This document shows, piece by piece, positions 1-8,700 of a stretch of 64,000 nucleotides of DNA. Under the pieces are notes generated by a model that did no database searches, was not told the origin of the DNA, and worked only from the letters and a program-made list of their open reading frames with translations. A program made the position numbers and the translations under genes. The stretch is from an uncultured Lentisphaerales bacterium (GTDB taxonomy: Bacteria > Verrucomicrobiota > Kiritimatiellia > RFP12 > UBA3636), in assembly GCA_964553035.1 (NCBI GenBank), contig CAZKJH010000003.1, positions 767 to 64,766 on the forward strand, in the 5' to 3' direction. How positions within the stretch are numbered: position 1 is the first letter of the stretch; every line of letters begins with the position of its first letter.

Positions 1-1
1 C

Positions 2-3000
2 CGCCAGATCGGGTCGCTGCAACGTCAGGCCGGCAAGGCGAAGCGTTACAAAGAGCTGCAAAACGAACTCCGCAAATACGATCTCTTTGTTACCACGCGC
101 AAGATCGTTCGACTCAACGAGCACGTCGCCTCGCTCTCCCGCGACATCGCACGCTTGGCGAAAACACTTGAAGATTTACATGCGCAAGTGGATACTGGCG
201 AAGCACTCAATGCCGACGCTCGCGAAAAACTCTTGAAGTCGGAGCGCCACATCGGCTCTGCCCTAGAGCTCGCCATGGAGGCGCAGGGACGTTGCAACCA
301 AGCCACAGACGCCATGCGCGTGAACCACCAGCGCATGGCTGAGTACAAGGCTTGGACAGAACGCGACGAAAAGGAGATCGCCGAAACCAAGGCAGTACGC
401 GCCGCGCAAGAACAGAACATGGAGACCTGCGCAGAACAGCTCAAGAATCTCGAAACAGAACTGGGCAAAGCCGAAGAGGCGCTGACGCTGACACGAACCC
501 AGTTTGATGTCTACCGCAACGAAAACACCACCGCCCGAAACGAGTTACAAAAACTCCGCAACGAGTCGGTCGAATCCGAACGCCTGCACGTAACCTTACA
601 GAACGAACTCACGACATCCGAAAATTCCGCACGCGAAAGCATCCTTAAAAACGAGCGTATTTCATCGGAAAAATCGAATCTAACGCAATCCGTTTCCGAT
701 CTCGCCTCGCGGCTTGATGAACTAGAAGGCGAAACGGAAACGCTCAAGGGCATGGTCGATTCCAATGGTGACGCGGTTGCAGGCAACGAACGCAAGCTCG
801 ACAAGCTACGCGCTTCGCTTCGCGAAAACGAGCAGGCTCGCGGCGAAATTCAGTCACAAATTGCCGTTCGTCAAGCCAGAATCCAGCTCCTTGCCGATGC
901 CGCCAAGCAATCGGGCGACACACCTGCTGGCATTACCATGCTGCTCGACAAGGAGAACCCACTTTCGATGCCGGCCGGTGCCGTTCTCGGCTCGATGGCC
1001 GAACAGTTCTCCGCGCCCAAAGAATACCGTAAGGCTTTAGAAGCCGTTCTGCGCGCGTGGATCGATGCCGTTGCCGTTCGCTCTATTGCCGATGCCGCTG
1101 CCATTGTGACCAAACTTCTCGCCACAGGCAAGAACGCTGGCACTCGACTGATCACCACGGAAACCTCCGAGGCTATGGCGGCACCTGTTGGGCTCCCCTT
1201 CATCAGGCTTCTGGATAAAATCGCCTGCAAGGACGGCTTTAAAAGCACGGCAGAACGCCTTCTTGGCAACGTTTTTCTCGTCGCTTCTCTTGATGAAATT
1301 CCCGACCCTGCGCCCACCGGTTGCACCTTTGCCACGTATACTGGAGCCGTTTTTTTCCATGGCGGGTTTGTCGAACTTTGGATACCAGAAGGCGGAGCCT
1401 CCAATCCTCTCGCCCGCCATTTGCTCATCGAAGATGCCGAAGCAGAGCTCGCGCAACTCGAGCTGGATCGCGATGATGCCGACGACAAGACGGGCGCATT
1501 ACGTCGCGATCTCGATACCGCCGTTCAAGCCTTGCAAGATTCTCGCAACCTTCTCGACCAAAGCCGACGCTCGGCGGCGCAGAAGGAAGGCGAAGAAAAG
1601 ACCATCCGCCGCGATCTTTCGATGGCCAAAGAACGGTTGAAGTCCGTCTCGGAAGCATTAGCCGCACTCGTCACCACGACGGAAAGCACCACGACACGTG
1701 GTCGCGAATTGATGGAACGCCTGCGCAACATGGCCAACAGCCGGGAACGGCTTGCCAACGCCGTTGCGGCGCAATCTGAAACGGTTCATGATACCGAAGA
1801 CAATTTCCTCGATGCACAGACCAAGCTGACCGAATCCCGCCTGATGCATGCCTCCATTAGCCACCGCACGGAGACGATGCGCTCGCAGTTCCATGCAGGT
1901 TCCGCACGCATTGCTGAACTCGACCGAATGGCGCAGAGCCGTCAAAATGGAATCAAGTCCTACGAAGAAGGCATTGAGCGACTGAGCGAAGAGAATGAGC
2001 AGCTTGAAGAGAATCTTTCGGCACTTGATGCCGATGTCGAAGCCCGCAAAGCCGAAGTGGCAAGGCTCCGCGAAGAACGCGCCTCGAACCAAATCGCATT
2101 GGAGCAGGCCGAGCGAACCCTGCAGGGGCTACGCCGTTCGCTGGATCAGGCGAACGATGTTAACGGAAAAACGGAGCTTGCGCTTGCCGAGGCGAAGATG
2201 CGGCTTCAGAACATCCAAGACCGGCTGATGATCGACTGGCATATTAACGTCGAGCAGCTCGTCGCCGAACCGATGCCCGAGTGGGGCGAGGAAGGCGAAC
2301 CGCCAATTGAAGATGCTGAAACAAGGACGGCGGAAATCCGAAGCAAGATGGAGGAGATGGGACCCGTCAATCTCGTGGCCATCGAAGAGTACCAAGAAAT
2401 TGAGGAGCGCCACGCATTCTTGACGGCGCAGGAATCGGATTTGACTGGTGCCAAAGCAAAGCTGATGGAGCTTATCAAAGATATTGACAAGCAGTCCACC
2501 GAGCTGTTCAAGGACACCTTCGAAAAGGCAAGCGTCAACTTCCAAACAATGTTTCAGCGGCTTTTCGATGGCGGAACGGCGGAACTCAGCCTTGTTGACG
2601 ACGAGAATGTTCTCGAATGTGGCATTGAAATCCTCGCTCGTCCACCGGGAAAGAAGCCGCAGAGCATTTCGCTACTTTCCGGTGGCGAACGAACGATGAC
2701 CGCTGTGGCCTTGCTCTTCGCGATCTATATGATCAGGCCCAGTCCGTTCGCCATGCTCGACGAACTCGATGCCGCGCTCGACGATTCCAACATCGGCCGT
2801 TTTGTTGGTGTCCTTAAAGATTTCCTTGATCAATCACAGTTTTTAATCATCACCCACAACCAGCACACCATTGCCGGCGCAGACATCGTGTATGGCGTCA
2901 CCCAGCAGGAACAAGGTATTTCGCGAATCGTCTCGATGCGCCTCAAGCGCGTCGGCATCGAGGAGCCAAAAGCCGAAGAAATGCCAGAGATCGCCGCACC

Positions 3001-3037
3001 GCCTCCGCCCCGAAAAAGAAAGAAAAAACCCGAATGA
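2..3037 (+). CDS. smc: Chromosome segregation protein SMC, C-terminal ~1010 aa; 5' end lies outside the window
   Basis: The reading frame is open from position 2 (RQIGSLQRQAGKAKRYKELQNEL...). Long coiled-coil region. C-terminal ABC signature LSGGERTMTAVALLFAIYMIRPSPFAMLDELDAALDD. Lys-rich tail PPPPRKRKKKPE. Confidence 0.9.
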   Translation, partial: RQIGSLQRQAGKAKRYKELQNELRKYDLFVTTRKIVRLNEHVASLSRDIARLAKTLEDLHAQVDTGEALNADAREKLLKSERHIGSALELAMEAQGRCNQATDAMRVNHQRMAEYKAWTERDEKEIAETKAVRAAQEQNMETCAEQLKNLETELGKAEEALTLTRTQFDVYRNENTTARNELQKLRNESVESERLHVTLQNELTTSENSARESILKNERISSEKSNLTQSVSDLASRLDELEGETETLKGMVDSNGDAVAGNERKLDKLRASLRENEQARGEIQSQIAVRQARIQLLADAAKQSGDTPAGITMLLDKENPLSMPAGAVLGSMAEQFSAPKEYRKALEAVLRAWIDAVAVRSIADAAAIVTKLLATGKNAGTRLITTETSEAMAAPVGLPFIRLLDKIACKDGFKSTAERLLGNVFLVASLDEIPDPAPTGCTFATYTGAVFFHGGFVELWIPEGGASNPLARHLLIEDAEAELAQLELDRDDADDKTGALRRDLDTAVQALQDSRNLLDQSRRSAAQKEGEEKTIRRDLSMAKERLKSVSEALAALVTTTESTTTRGRELMERLRNMANSRERLANAVAAQSETVHDTEDNFLDAQTKLTESRLMHASISHRTETMRSQFHAGSARIAELDRMAQSRQNGIKSYEEGIERLSEENEQLEENLSALDADVEARKAEVARLREERASNQIALEQAERTLQGLRRSLDQANDVNGKTELALAEAKMRLQNIQDRLMIDWHINVEQLVAEPMPEWGEEGEPPIEDAETRTAEIRSKMEEMGPVNLVAIEEYQEIEERHAFLTAQESDLTGAKAKLMELIKDIDKQSTELFKDTFEKASVNFQTMFQRLFDGGTAELSLVDDENVLECGIEILARPPGKKPQSISLLSGGERTMTAVALLFAIYMIRPSPFAMLDELDAALDDSNIGRFVGVLKDFLDQSQFLIITHNQHTIAGADIVYGVTQQEQGISRIVSMRLKRVGIEEPKAEEMPEIAAPPPPRKRKKKPE

Positions 3038-3309
3038 GTCTGAGTCCCTTTGAAATTGGAATGCTTGCCTGTTTCGGAATCAGTTGGCCCACGGCCATTG
3101 CAAAAAGTCTCAGGACGAAAAATGTTTCGGGGAAAAGCCCGATGTTCATGGGTATCGTTGCTCTCGGCTACGTCTCTGGAATCCTGCATAAGATCTTCTA
3201 CTCCTACAACTGGGTTATCTGGCTGTACGTGCTGAACTTCACGATGGTCTCCTTCGATCTCTACCTTTACTTCCGCTACTCCGCACGAGCAAAGGCAAAA
3301 GCCCTGTAG
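3034..3309 (+). CDS. Small hydrophobic protein (91 aa, about 3 predicted TM helices), translationally coupled to smc by an ATGA overlap
   Basis: ORF start overlaps the smc stop (ATGA). Three hydrophobic stretches: FEIGMLACFGISWPTAIA, PMFMGIVALGYVSGILHKIF and WVIWLYVLNFTMVSFDLYLYF. No recognisable family. Confidence 0.5.
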   Translation: MSLSPFEIGMLACFGISWPTAIAKSLRTKNVSGKSPMFMGIVALGYVSGILHKIFYSYNWVIWLYVLNFTMVSFDLYLYFRYSARAKAKAL

Positions 3310-3345
3310 GGCTGATTAACGAATACTCCCAAACAGAGATTTGCG

Positions 3346-4269
3346 ATGACGGCTGTAGTAGAAGCTCCTGGCAAGATCAACCTCACCTTGGAAATCCTCG
3401 GCAAACGGCCCGATGGATACCATGACATTCGAAGTTTGCTACTACCTGTATCGCTCACCGAGACGATCACGGTTTCCGAGCGCGACGACGATACGGTAAC
3501 CTGTTGCACAACGAGCGAGGACGTCGATACGCACGAGCTTGCGCTTTTGCCTCTTGAAAAGCATCTTGCCGTCAAGGCCGTCCGTGTCATGCAGAAGCTC
3601 TGCGCAACCACGCGCGGTTGTGACATCACCATCACCAAACGCATTCCTATTGGTGCGGGTATGGGCGGTGGAAGCGCAGATGCCGCCGGTGTCATGGCCG
3701 CCCTGCGTTTACTTTGGGGTAGCCATCTCACGCAGGAAGCACTCTTTGATGCAGCCGCGAGAATCGGATCAGACGTGCCTGCCCTACTCCATGGTGGAGC
3801 CGTGTTGATGGAAGGTCGTGGAGAGAGGGTTTCCCCGGTTCTTCGACCCGAAGAAGCCAATCCATCCCCCTTCTGGCTCGTCGTTGTCTTCCCCGGTATG
3901 CCGGTGTCCACAAAAAGTATCTACGAAAAATGCTCCCCGCGCTTGACACCGAGGTCTGAAATATGTGATAATGCAATTTCATCCGTACGTAATGGCGATG
4001 TACGGGCGGCGAGCTTCTGGGTTCACAATGGACTTCAGAACACCGTTTATGAGCTTCATCCAGAGACTGAGCGCTTTTGCCTGGCGCTTAGAAATGGTGG
4101 TGCTTTGTCTTCACTCCTTTCGGGGAGCGGGTCAGCGGTGTTCGGTTTAGCGGAGAGCAGAAGCCACGCGCTCGAGATTCAAAAGAGCTTACGGGAGAAC
4201 GTGTGGAGCAGAGTCCTTTCGACACTGCCCGATGGTGTAATGGTAGCACACGGGCTTTTGATGCCCTGA
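3346..4269 (+). CDS. ispE: 4-diphosphocytidyl-2-C-methyl-D-erythritol kinase
   Basis: GHMP kinase motifs PGKINLTLEI and KRIPIGAGMGGGSADAAGVMAAL. Length is typical. The 3' ~44 nt run into tRNA-Gln. Confidence 0.85.
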   Translation: MTAVVEAPGKINLTLEILGKRPDGYHDIRSLLLPVSLTETITVSERDDDTVTCCTTSEDVDTHELALLPLEKHLAVKAVRVMQKLCATTRGCDITITKRIPIGAGMGGGSADAAGVMAALRLLWGSHLTQEALFDAAARIGSDVPALLHGGAVLMEGRGERVSPVLRPEEANPSPFWLVVVFPGMPVSTKSIYEKCSPRLTPRSEICDNAISSVRNGDVRAASFWVHNGLQNTVYELHPETERFCLALRNGGALSSLLSGSGSAVFGLAESRSHALEIQKSLRENVWSRVLSTLPDGVMVAHGLLMP

Positions 4270-4299
4270 GCCATGGTTCGAATCCATGTCGGGCAACCA
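4226..4299 (+). tRNA. tRNA-Gln (anticodon TTG)
   Basis: Cloverleaf read by eye. Acceptor stem TGCCCGA/TCGGGCA. Anticodon loop TTTTGAT. T-arm GGTTCGAATCC. CCA is encoded. Confidence 0.8.
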
Positions 4300-4394
4300 T
4301 TTCGGAGATTCCGGAATCGGTTGCACTACACAAATCACGATGATTTTTCCGCACGGTTGCGGAACACGAACTTTCAACCAACAATCCCCTATCT

Positions 4395-5324
4395 GTGAAG
4401 ATTTTCTCAGGAACCTCAAATCCGCAACTTGCCGCCAGCATCTGCTCCTACTTGGGAACGGAACTGGGAGCTGCGGATATCATGACCTTCCCGGACGGCG
4501 AAACGTTCGTAAAGATCAAGGACAGCGTCCGTGGTTCCGACTGTTTCATAATTCAGTCAATTTGCGGACAACCCAATGAGCGGCTCATGGAGCTACTCAT
4601 TATGATCGACGCAATGAAGCGGTCTTCTGCGGCGCGCATCACGGCGGTACTCCCCATTTACGGATATGCAAGGCAAGATCGCAAAGATCAGCCGCGCGTT
4701 CCCATCACAGCCAAGCTGGTTGCCAATTTGCTCGTAGCAGCAGGTGCGAACCGCCTTCTCACCATGGATCTGCATGCCGCGCAGATCGTCGGTTATTTCG
4801 ATATTCCGGTCGACCAACTCCACGCATCTCCCGTACTCGTAAAATATTTACGAGAGAAGGAGCTCACCAACCCAGTCGTTGTCGCTCCAGACACCGGTAG
4901 CGTTAAGAACGCCTACACCTATTCTCACATTTTCGGCTGTGGCCTCGCCATTACAGCGAAGCAGCGCAAAGGTGCCAATGATGTGGAGGCCTACTCCCTC
5001 GTTGGCGATGTCGATGGCTGCGATGTCATCATGATCGACGACCTGACCAGCACCTGCGGCACTCTGTCGGCGGCCGCGGGTCTGGTGAAGAAGAAAGGCG
5101 CTCGCAATATCTATGCGGCCGTCACGCACGCCCAGCTCAACCAGCAAAGCATCGACCGTCTCAAGAAATCCGACATCTGCGAGCTTATCGTCACGGATAC
5201 GGTACCTCAGCAGAAGTACGACGACACGGTGCCGATCACCGTGCTCTCCGTTGCGGAGCTTTTCGGTGAAGCAATCCGGCGGATTCACAACAATCAGTCC
5301 GTTAGTTCGCTTTTTAGAATGTAA
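4395..5324 (+). CDS. prs: Ribose-phosphate pyrophosphokinase (GTG start)
   Basis: N-terminus MKIFSGTSNPQLAASICSYLG...DGETFVKIKDSVRGSDCFIIQS, colinear with Prs. The PRPP-binding loop DDLTSTCGTL is present. Confidence 0.9.
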   Translation: MKIFSGTSNPQLAASICSYLGTELGAADIMTFPDGETFVKIKDSVRGSDCFIIQSICGQPNERLMELLIMIDAMKRSSAARITAVLPIYGYARQDRKDQPRVPITAKLVANLLVAAGANRLLTMDLHAAQIVGYFDIPVDQLHASPVLVKYLREKELTNPVVVAPDTGSVKNAYTYSHIFGCGLAITAKQRKGANDVEAYSLVGDVDGCDVIMIDDLTSTCGTLSAAAGLVKKKGARNIYAAVTHAQLNQQSIDRLKKSDICELIVTDTVPQQKYDDTVPITVLSVAELFGEAIRRIHNNQSVSSLFRM

Positions 5325-5362
5325 CAAGACCCCCTTGATAGGGGCAGGAGAAAACAAGAGTC

Positions 5363-6106
5363 ATGGCACAAGAAATCAAAGTCATCGCGGAACCGCGCAC
5401 GTGCAGCGGATCCACGGCCGCACGCCGTTTGCGCCGCTCAGGCGTCATCCCGGCAGTGCTCGCCACCACAGGCGGAGAAACCGCACTCATCCAGCTCAGC
5501 GCCCACGACTTCGAGCGCGTGATGAGCCAGCACGCAAGCACACAGCTCCTCGTTAGCCTAACGGTTGGCGACAAAACATGCCTCGCACTTTTGCGCGAAA
5601 TACAGCGCAACGGTATAACAGGCCGCGTGAGCCATGCCGATTTCGGTGAAATCGACGCTACCCGCAAGATCCACGTCAAAATCAAGATTGTCCTTGATGG
5701 CGAACCGGAAGGCGTACGCAGCCAGAACGGCGTTCTCGAGCAGCACATGCGCTTCGTTGAAGTTTCCTGCCTGCCAGCGGATATTGTGGAAAGCTTTACC
5801 GTTAACACGGCGGCACTCAAACTCGGCGAGGATATCACGGTCGCAGAGCTCACCCTCGGAGACCGCTACACGCTCGTTTCCCATAGCGATAACATCGTGG
5901 CAACGGTTTCAGCAGTAGCCGCCGAAGAGATAGCCCCTGTAGCAGCCGAAGGTGCCGAGGCTCAGCCTGCACTCAGCGCAAAGAAAGGCAAAGCCGAAGA
6001 GGCAGGGGCCGCTGCTCCTGCGGCGGGAGCCAAGCCTGCGGCGGGAGCCAAACCTGCGGCGGGAGCCAAGCCTGCAGCAGCAGCCAAACCTGCGGCCAAA
6101 AAATAA
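5363..6106 (+). CDS. ctc: 50S ribosomal protein L25 / general stress protein Ctc, with a low-complexity C-terminal (A/K/P) repeat tail
   Basis: Gene position prs-ctc-pth. L25 beta-barrel region. Tail AGAKPAAGAKPAAGAKPAAAAKPAAKK encoded by 18-nt tandem DNA repeats. Confidence 0.75.
   Translation: MAQEIKVIAEPRTCSGSTAARRLRRSGVIPAVLATTGGETALIQLSAHDFERVMSQHASTQLLVSLTVGDKTCLALLREIQRNGITGRVSHADFGEIDATRKIHVKIKIVLDGEPEGVRSQNGVLEQHMRFVEVSCLPADIVESFTVNTAALKLGEDITVAELTLGDRYTLVSHSDNIVATVSAVAAEEIAPVAAEGAEAQPALSAKKGKAEEAGAAAPAAGAKPAAGAKPAAGAKPAAAAKPAAKK
6020..6090 (+). repeat. 18-nt tandem repeats (GCGGGAGCCAARCCTGCG x3) encoding the AGAKPA repeats of the L25 tail
   Basis: Read directly within the ctc 3' end. 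Confidence 0.85.
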
Positions 6107-6150
6107 TCAGACCCGCTTGACGACAGACGACAACAACGAGGAAGATTGAA

Positions 6151-6831
6151 GTGAAGATGATTGCAGGACTAGGCAACCCAGGCCGCGACTACGAAGGAAC
6201 ACCACACAACGTGGGCTTCGTTGCCGTCGACTCGATTTGCCAGTCGCTCGGAGGAGACTGGCGCATTGAACCGCGCTTTAAGGCGGATGTCGCCAAAGTC
6301 TCTAACGATGGCCAATCGCTCCTGCTGGTCAAGCCCATGACGTACATGAACGCCAGCGGCGAGGCCATCGGACAGATCATGCGCTACTACCGTATGACGC
6401 CCGAAGAAATCATCGTGATCTCCGACGACGTTAACCTGCTGCCAGGACGCATTCGTGTCCGCGCGACAGGAAGCGCCGGAGGTCATAACGGACTAAAGTC
6501 CACAATCGAACATCTGAGTTCACAGCAGTTCACACGCATTCGAATCGGTGTGGGACTTGGCAAAAGTGAATCCGGAACCCTAATAGGCCATGTGCTCGGG
6601 CGCATTGCGAATGAAGATGCTGAAGGCGTTGCCAACGGAATCAAGACGGCAGCCGAAGCGGCACTTTTCGCAGCACACGATGGCACGGAGGCGGCGATGA
6701 ACCATTACAATGTATCGTCGACGCCCCAGCCCTCGGGAGAAGAAGAGCCTGCGGACAAGCGGAACACAACTAACAACGATAAAACCAAACAGCTTAACAA
6801 CAAGGAACATGAACATGCCCAGGAAATATGA
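6151..6831 (+). CDS. pth: Peptidyl-tRNA hydrolase with ~35-aa C-terminal extension
   Basis: MIAGLGNPGRDYEGTPHNVGF and HNGLKS motifs of Pth. Extension is rich in N/K/E/T. It overlaps the rpsF start by ~17 nt. Confidence 0.85.
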   Translation: MKMIAGLGNPGRDYEGTPHNVGFVAVDSICQSLGGDWRIEPRFKADVAKVSNDGQSLLLVKPMTYMNASGEAIGQIMRYYRMTPEEIIVISDDVNLLPGRIRVRATGSAGGHNGLKSTIEHLSSQQFTRIRIGVGLGKSESGTLIGHVLGRIANEDAEGVANGIKTAAEAALFAAHDGTEAAMNHYNVSSTPQPSGEEEPADKRNTTNNDKTKQLNNKEHEHAQEI

Positions 6832-7225
6832 AGCCCTTTTCATCTTCGCAGGCAACGTCAAGGACGAATCGCTTGACAAAGTAGTCGAGCAGAGCACAAC
6901 CGAGATTCAAAAACTCGGCGGTGTCATCGAAAAGACGGATGCCCTCGGTCGCCGTACCTTCGCCCGCACCATGCAAAAGCACGACCATGGCGTCTATGTG
7001 AAAATCCGATTCACAATCGAACCGGAAAAGATCGCCAAAATCCACTCCCGCTTCGTGTACAACGAAGACTGCTTCCGCATGCAGATTGTCTCGCGCAATG
7101 AGCGCGTTGAAGTTGCAAAATCCGCTGACAACAACCGCCGCGCACTGTTCAAGGCTTCTCTCGAAGCCGCTGGCGACGTGCCGGTCGCAAAGTCGAGACC
7201 TCGTTACAACGACGACAACGACTAA
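6815..7225 (+). CDS. rpsF: 30S ribosomal protein S6
   Basis: Internal ATG preceded by AAGGAA (spacing ~8). MPRKYEALFIFAGNVKDE... Context rpsF-ssb-rpsR-rplI. The track ORF 6710 has a spurious 5' extension. Confidence 0.8.
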   Translation: MPRKYEALFIFAGNVKDESLDKVVEQSTTEIQKLGGVIEKTDALGRRTFARTMQKHDHGVYVKIRFTIEPEKIAKIHSRFVYNEDCFRMQIVSRNERVEVAKSADNNRRALFKASLEAAGDVPVAKSRPRYNDDND

Positions 7226-7305
7226 GTCGCAAAGCCCCCGTCGAAGAGGCAGGGTCCCAACACCACCACGAACACACCTACGCAGAAAGCAGAAAGGAGA
7301 CAATC

Positions 7306-7758
7306 ATGGCAAGCTACAACAGAGTCATCGTTATAGGCAACCTCACCCGAAACCCCGAACTCAAACGTACACCCTCGGGTGCTGCCGTGTGCGACATCCG
7401 TCTGGCCGTCAGCGAATCCTACCGTAACAAGGAAGGCGAACGCATTGAGCGTCCGGTGTATATCGATGTGGTTGTCTGGAATCAGCAGGCGGAAGCCTGC
7501 AACCAGTACTTGTCGAAAGGAAGCCCTCTCTTCGTTGAAGGCCGCCTCCAATACGACGAATGGAAAACACCACAAGGCGACACCAGAAGCAAACTTCGCA
7601 TCGTCGCTCAGCGTACGCAATTCATCGGTGCCCACCAGGGACAGAGTCAAGATTCGGCAGGAAAACCTTCCGGAAACCCCTCTGCAGCCGATGCAGTGCC
7701 CTCGGATTCTACAGAATCCGATACAGAACCCGAGACCGATGAAGTAATCCCCTTCTGA
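7306..7758 (+). CDS. ssb: Single-stranded DNA-binding protein
   Basis: OB-fold N-terminus MASYNRVIVIGNLTRNPELKRTPSGAAVC. Acidic C-terminal tip DEVIPF. Confidence 0.9.
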   Translation: MASYNRVIVIGNLTRNPELKRTPSGAAVCDIRLAVSESYRNKEGERIERPVYIDVVVWNQQAEACNQYLSKGSPLFVEGRLQYDEWKTPQGDTRSKLRIVAQRTQFIGAHQGQSQDSAGKPSGNPSAADAVPSDSTESDTEPETDEVIPF

Positions 7759-7796
7759 GTCAACAATCTAAATCAGAAATCCACGAGGAAAAGCAT

Positions 7797-8027
7797 ATGG
7801 CAATGCGCAACCACAAAACCACACGCAGAAACGAGACTCCCCTCCGCAAGAAGACCCCGGATGGCGATGTCACCGTCGTTGACATCAACGACGTCGAATT
7901 CCTTCGCCGCTACGTCAGCGAGCAGGGGAAAATCCTACCCCAGCGCCTCAGCGGCCTCAACGCAACCAATCAGCGCAAGGTGAAGCGCGGCATCCGCCGG
8001 GCTCGCACCATGGGCTTGATGATGTAA
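7797..8027 (+). CDS. rpsR: 30S ribosomal protein S18
   Basis: FLRRYVSEQGKILPQRLSGL...QRKVKRGIRRARTMGLM conserved S18 core. Confidence 0.9.
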   Translation: MAMRNHKTTRRNETPLRKKTPDGDVTVVDINDVEFLRRYVSEQGKILPQRLSGLNATNQRKVKRGIRRARTMGLMM

Positions 8028-8049
8028 TCACCGAAAAGGCAAACTGAAT

Positions 8050-8502
8050 ATGTCCACAGAACTCTTTCTCAGCAGCGATGTCCCCGGCCTTGGCAATGAA
8101 GGCGATATCGTTAAAGTCGCCGACGGGTATGCCCGCAACTTCCTTCTACCCCAGAAAAAGGCAGAAGCCGTAACCGAAGGTGCACGCCGCCGCCTCGCCA
8201 AGATCCAGGCCGAACGCGAAAAAGTCCGCAAGGAAACTCTTGCCGATGCCAAGAAGCTCGGTGCAAAACTCAAAGCTGCGTCCGTCACAATCCGCGCTAA
8301 AACCAGCGATGCCGATACCCTCTACGGTTCCGTCAACGCCGCGCAGATCCTCGCCGCACTCAAGGAGCAGGGCTTCACCTCCCTCGAGGAACCCATGATC
8401 CTCCTCGCCAGCCTCATCAAGACACTCGGAACCTTCGACGTTCCCGTCAAAGTCCACACCGACATCACCGAGACCGTCAAGGTCTGGGTCGTCGCCGAGT
8501 AG
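8050..8502 (+). CDS. rplI: 50S ribosomal protein L9
   Basis: 150 aa. N-terminus MSTELFLSSDVPGLGNEGDIVKVADGYARNFLLPQKKA typical of L9. Confidence 0.9.
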   Translation: MSTELFLSSDVPGLGNEGDIVKVADGYARNFLLPQKKAEAVTEGARRRLAKIQAEREKVRKETLADAKKLGAKLKAASVTIRAKTSDADTLYGSVNAAQILAALKEQGFTSLEEPMILLASLIKTLGTFDVPVKVHTDITETVKVWVVAE

Positions 8503-8527
8503 ACCCTACATCATCTGATGATTCTCA

Positions 8528-8564
8528 CGACTATTCCGCAGCTTCTGCGGAATAGTCGTTTTTT
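8528..8564 (+). terminator. Rho-independent terminator after rplI
   Basis: Perfect 13-bp stem CGACTATTCCGCAG/CTGCGGAATAGTCG followed by TTTTTT. Confidence 0.6.
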
Positions 8565-8700
8565 CATACACGTCATGTGCGAAATGCATCAAAACGACGT
8601 CGTTTTGAACACGACAATTCGTATGTTTCTCGGAGCAATATTACGATACTGCCGCGAAGAAGGACGATAGACCATGGACTATAGACTATCAGCGATGGTG

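Noticed and set aside
5952-6149. 65-aa ORF with a repeated REPSLRREPNLRREPSL motif
   Set aside because: It is an alternative-frame shadow of the ctc tail tandem repeat.
6710-6814. 5' extension of the S6 ORF (MYRRRPSPREKK...)
   Set aside because: It overlaps pth in another frame. The internal ATG with a proper SD gives a canonical S6 N-terminus.
8591-8606. Perfect 16-bp palindrome AAAACGACGTCGTTTT downstream of recC
   Set aside because: No adjacent T-run on the recC strand and no obvious regulated gene. It is possibly a weak bidirectional terminator but unsupported.
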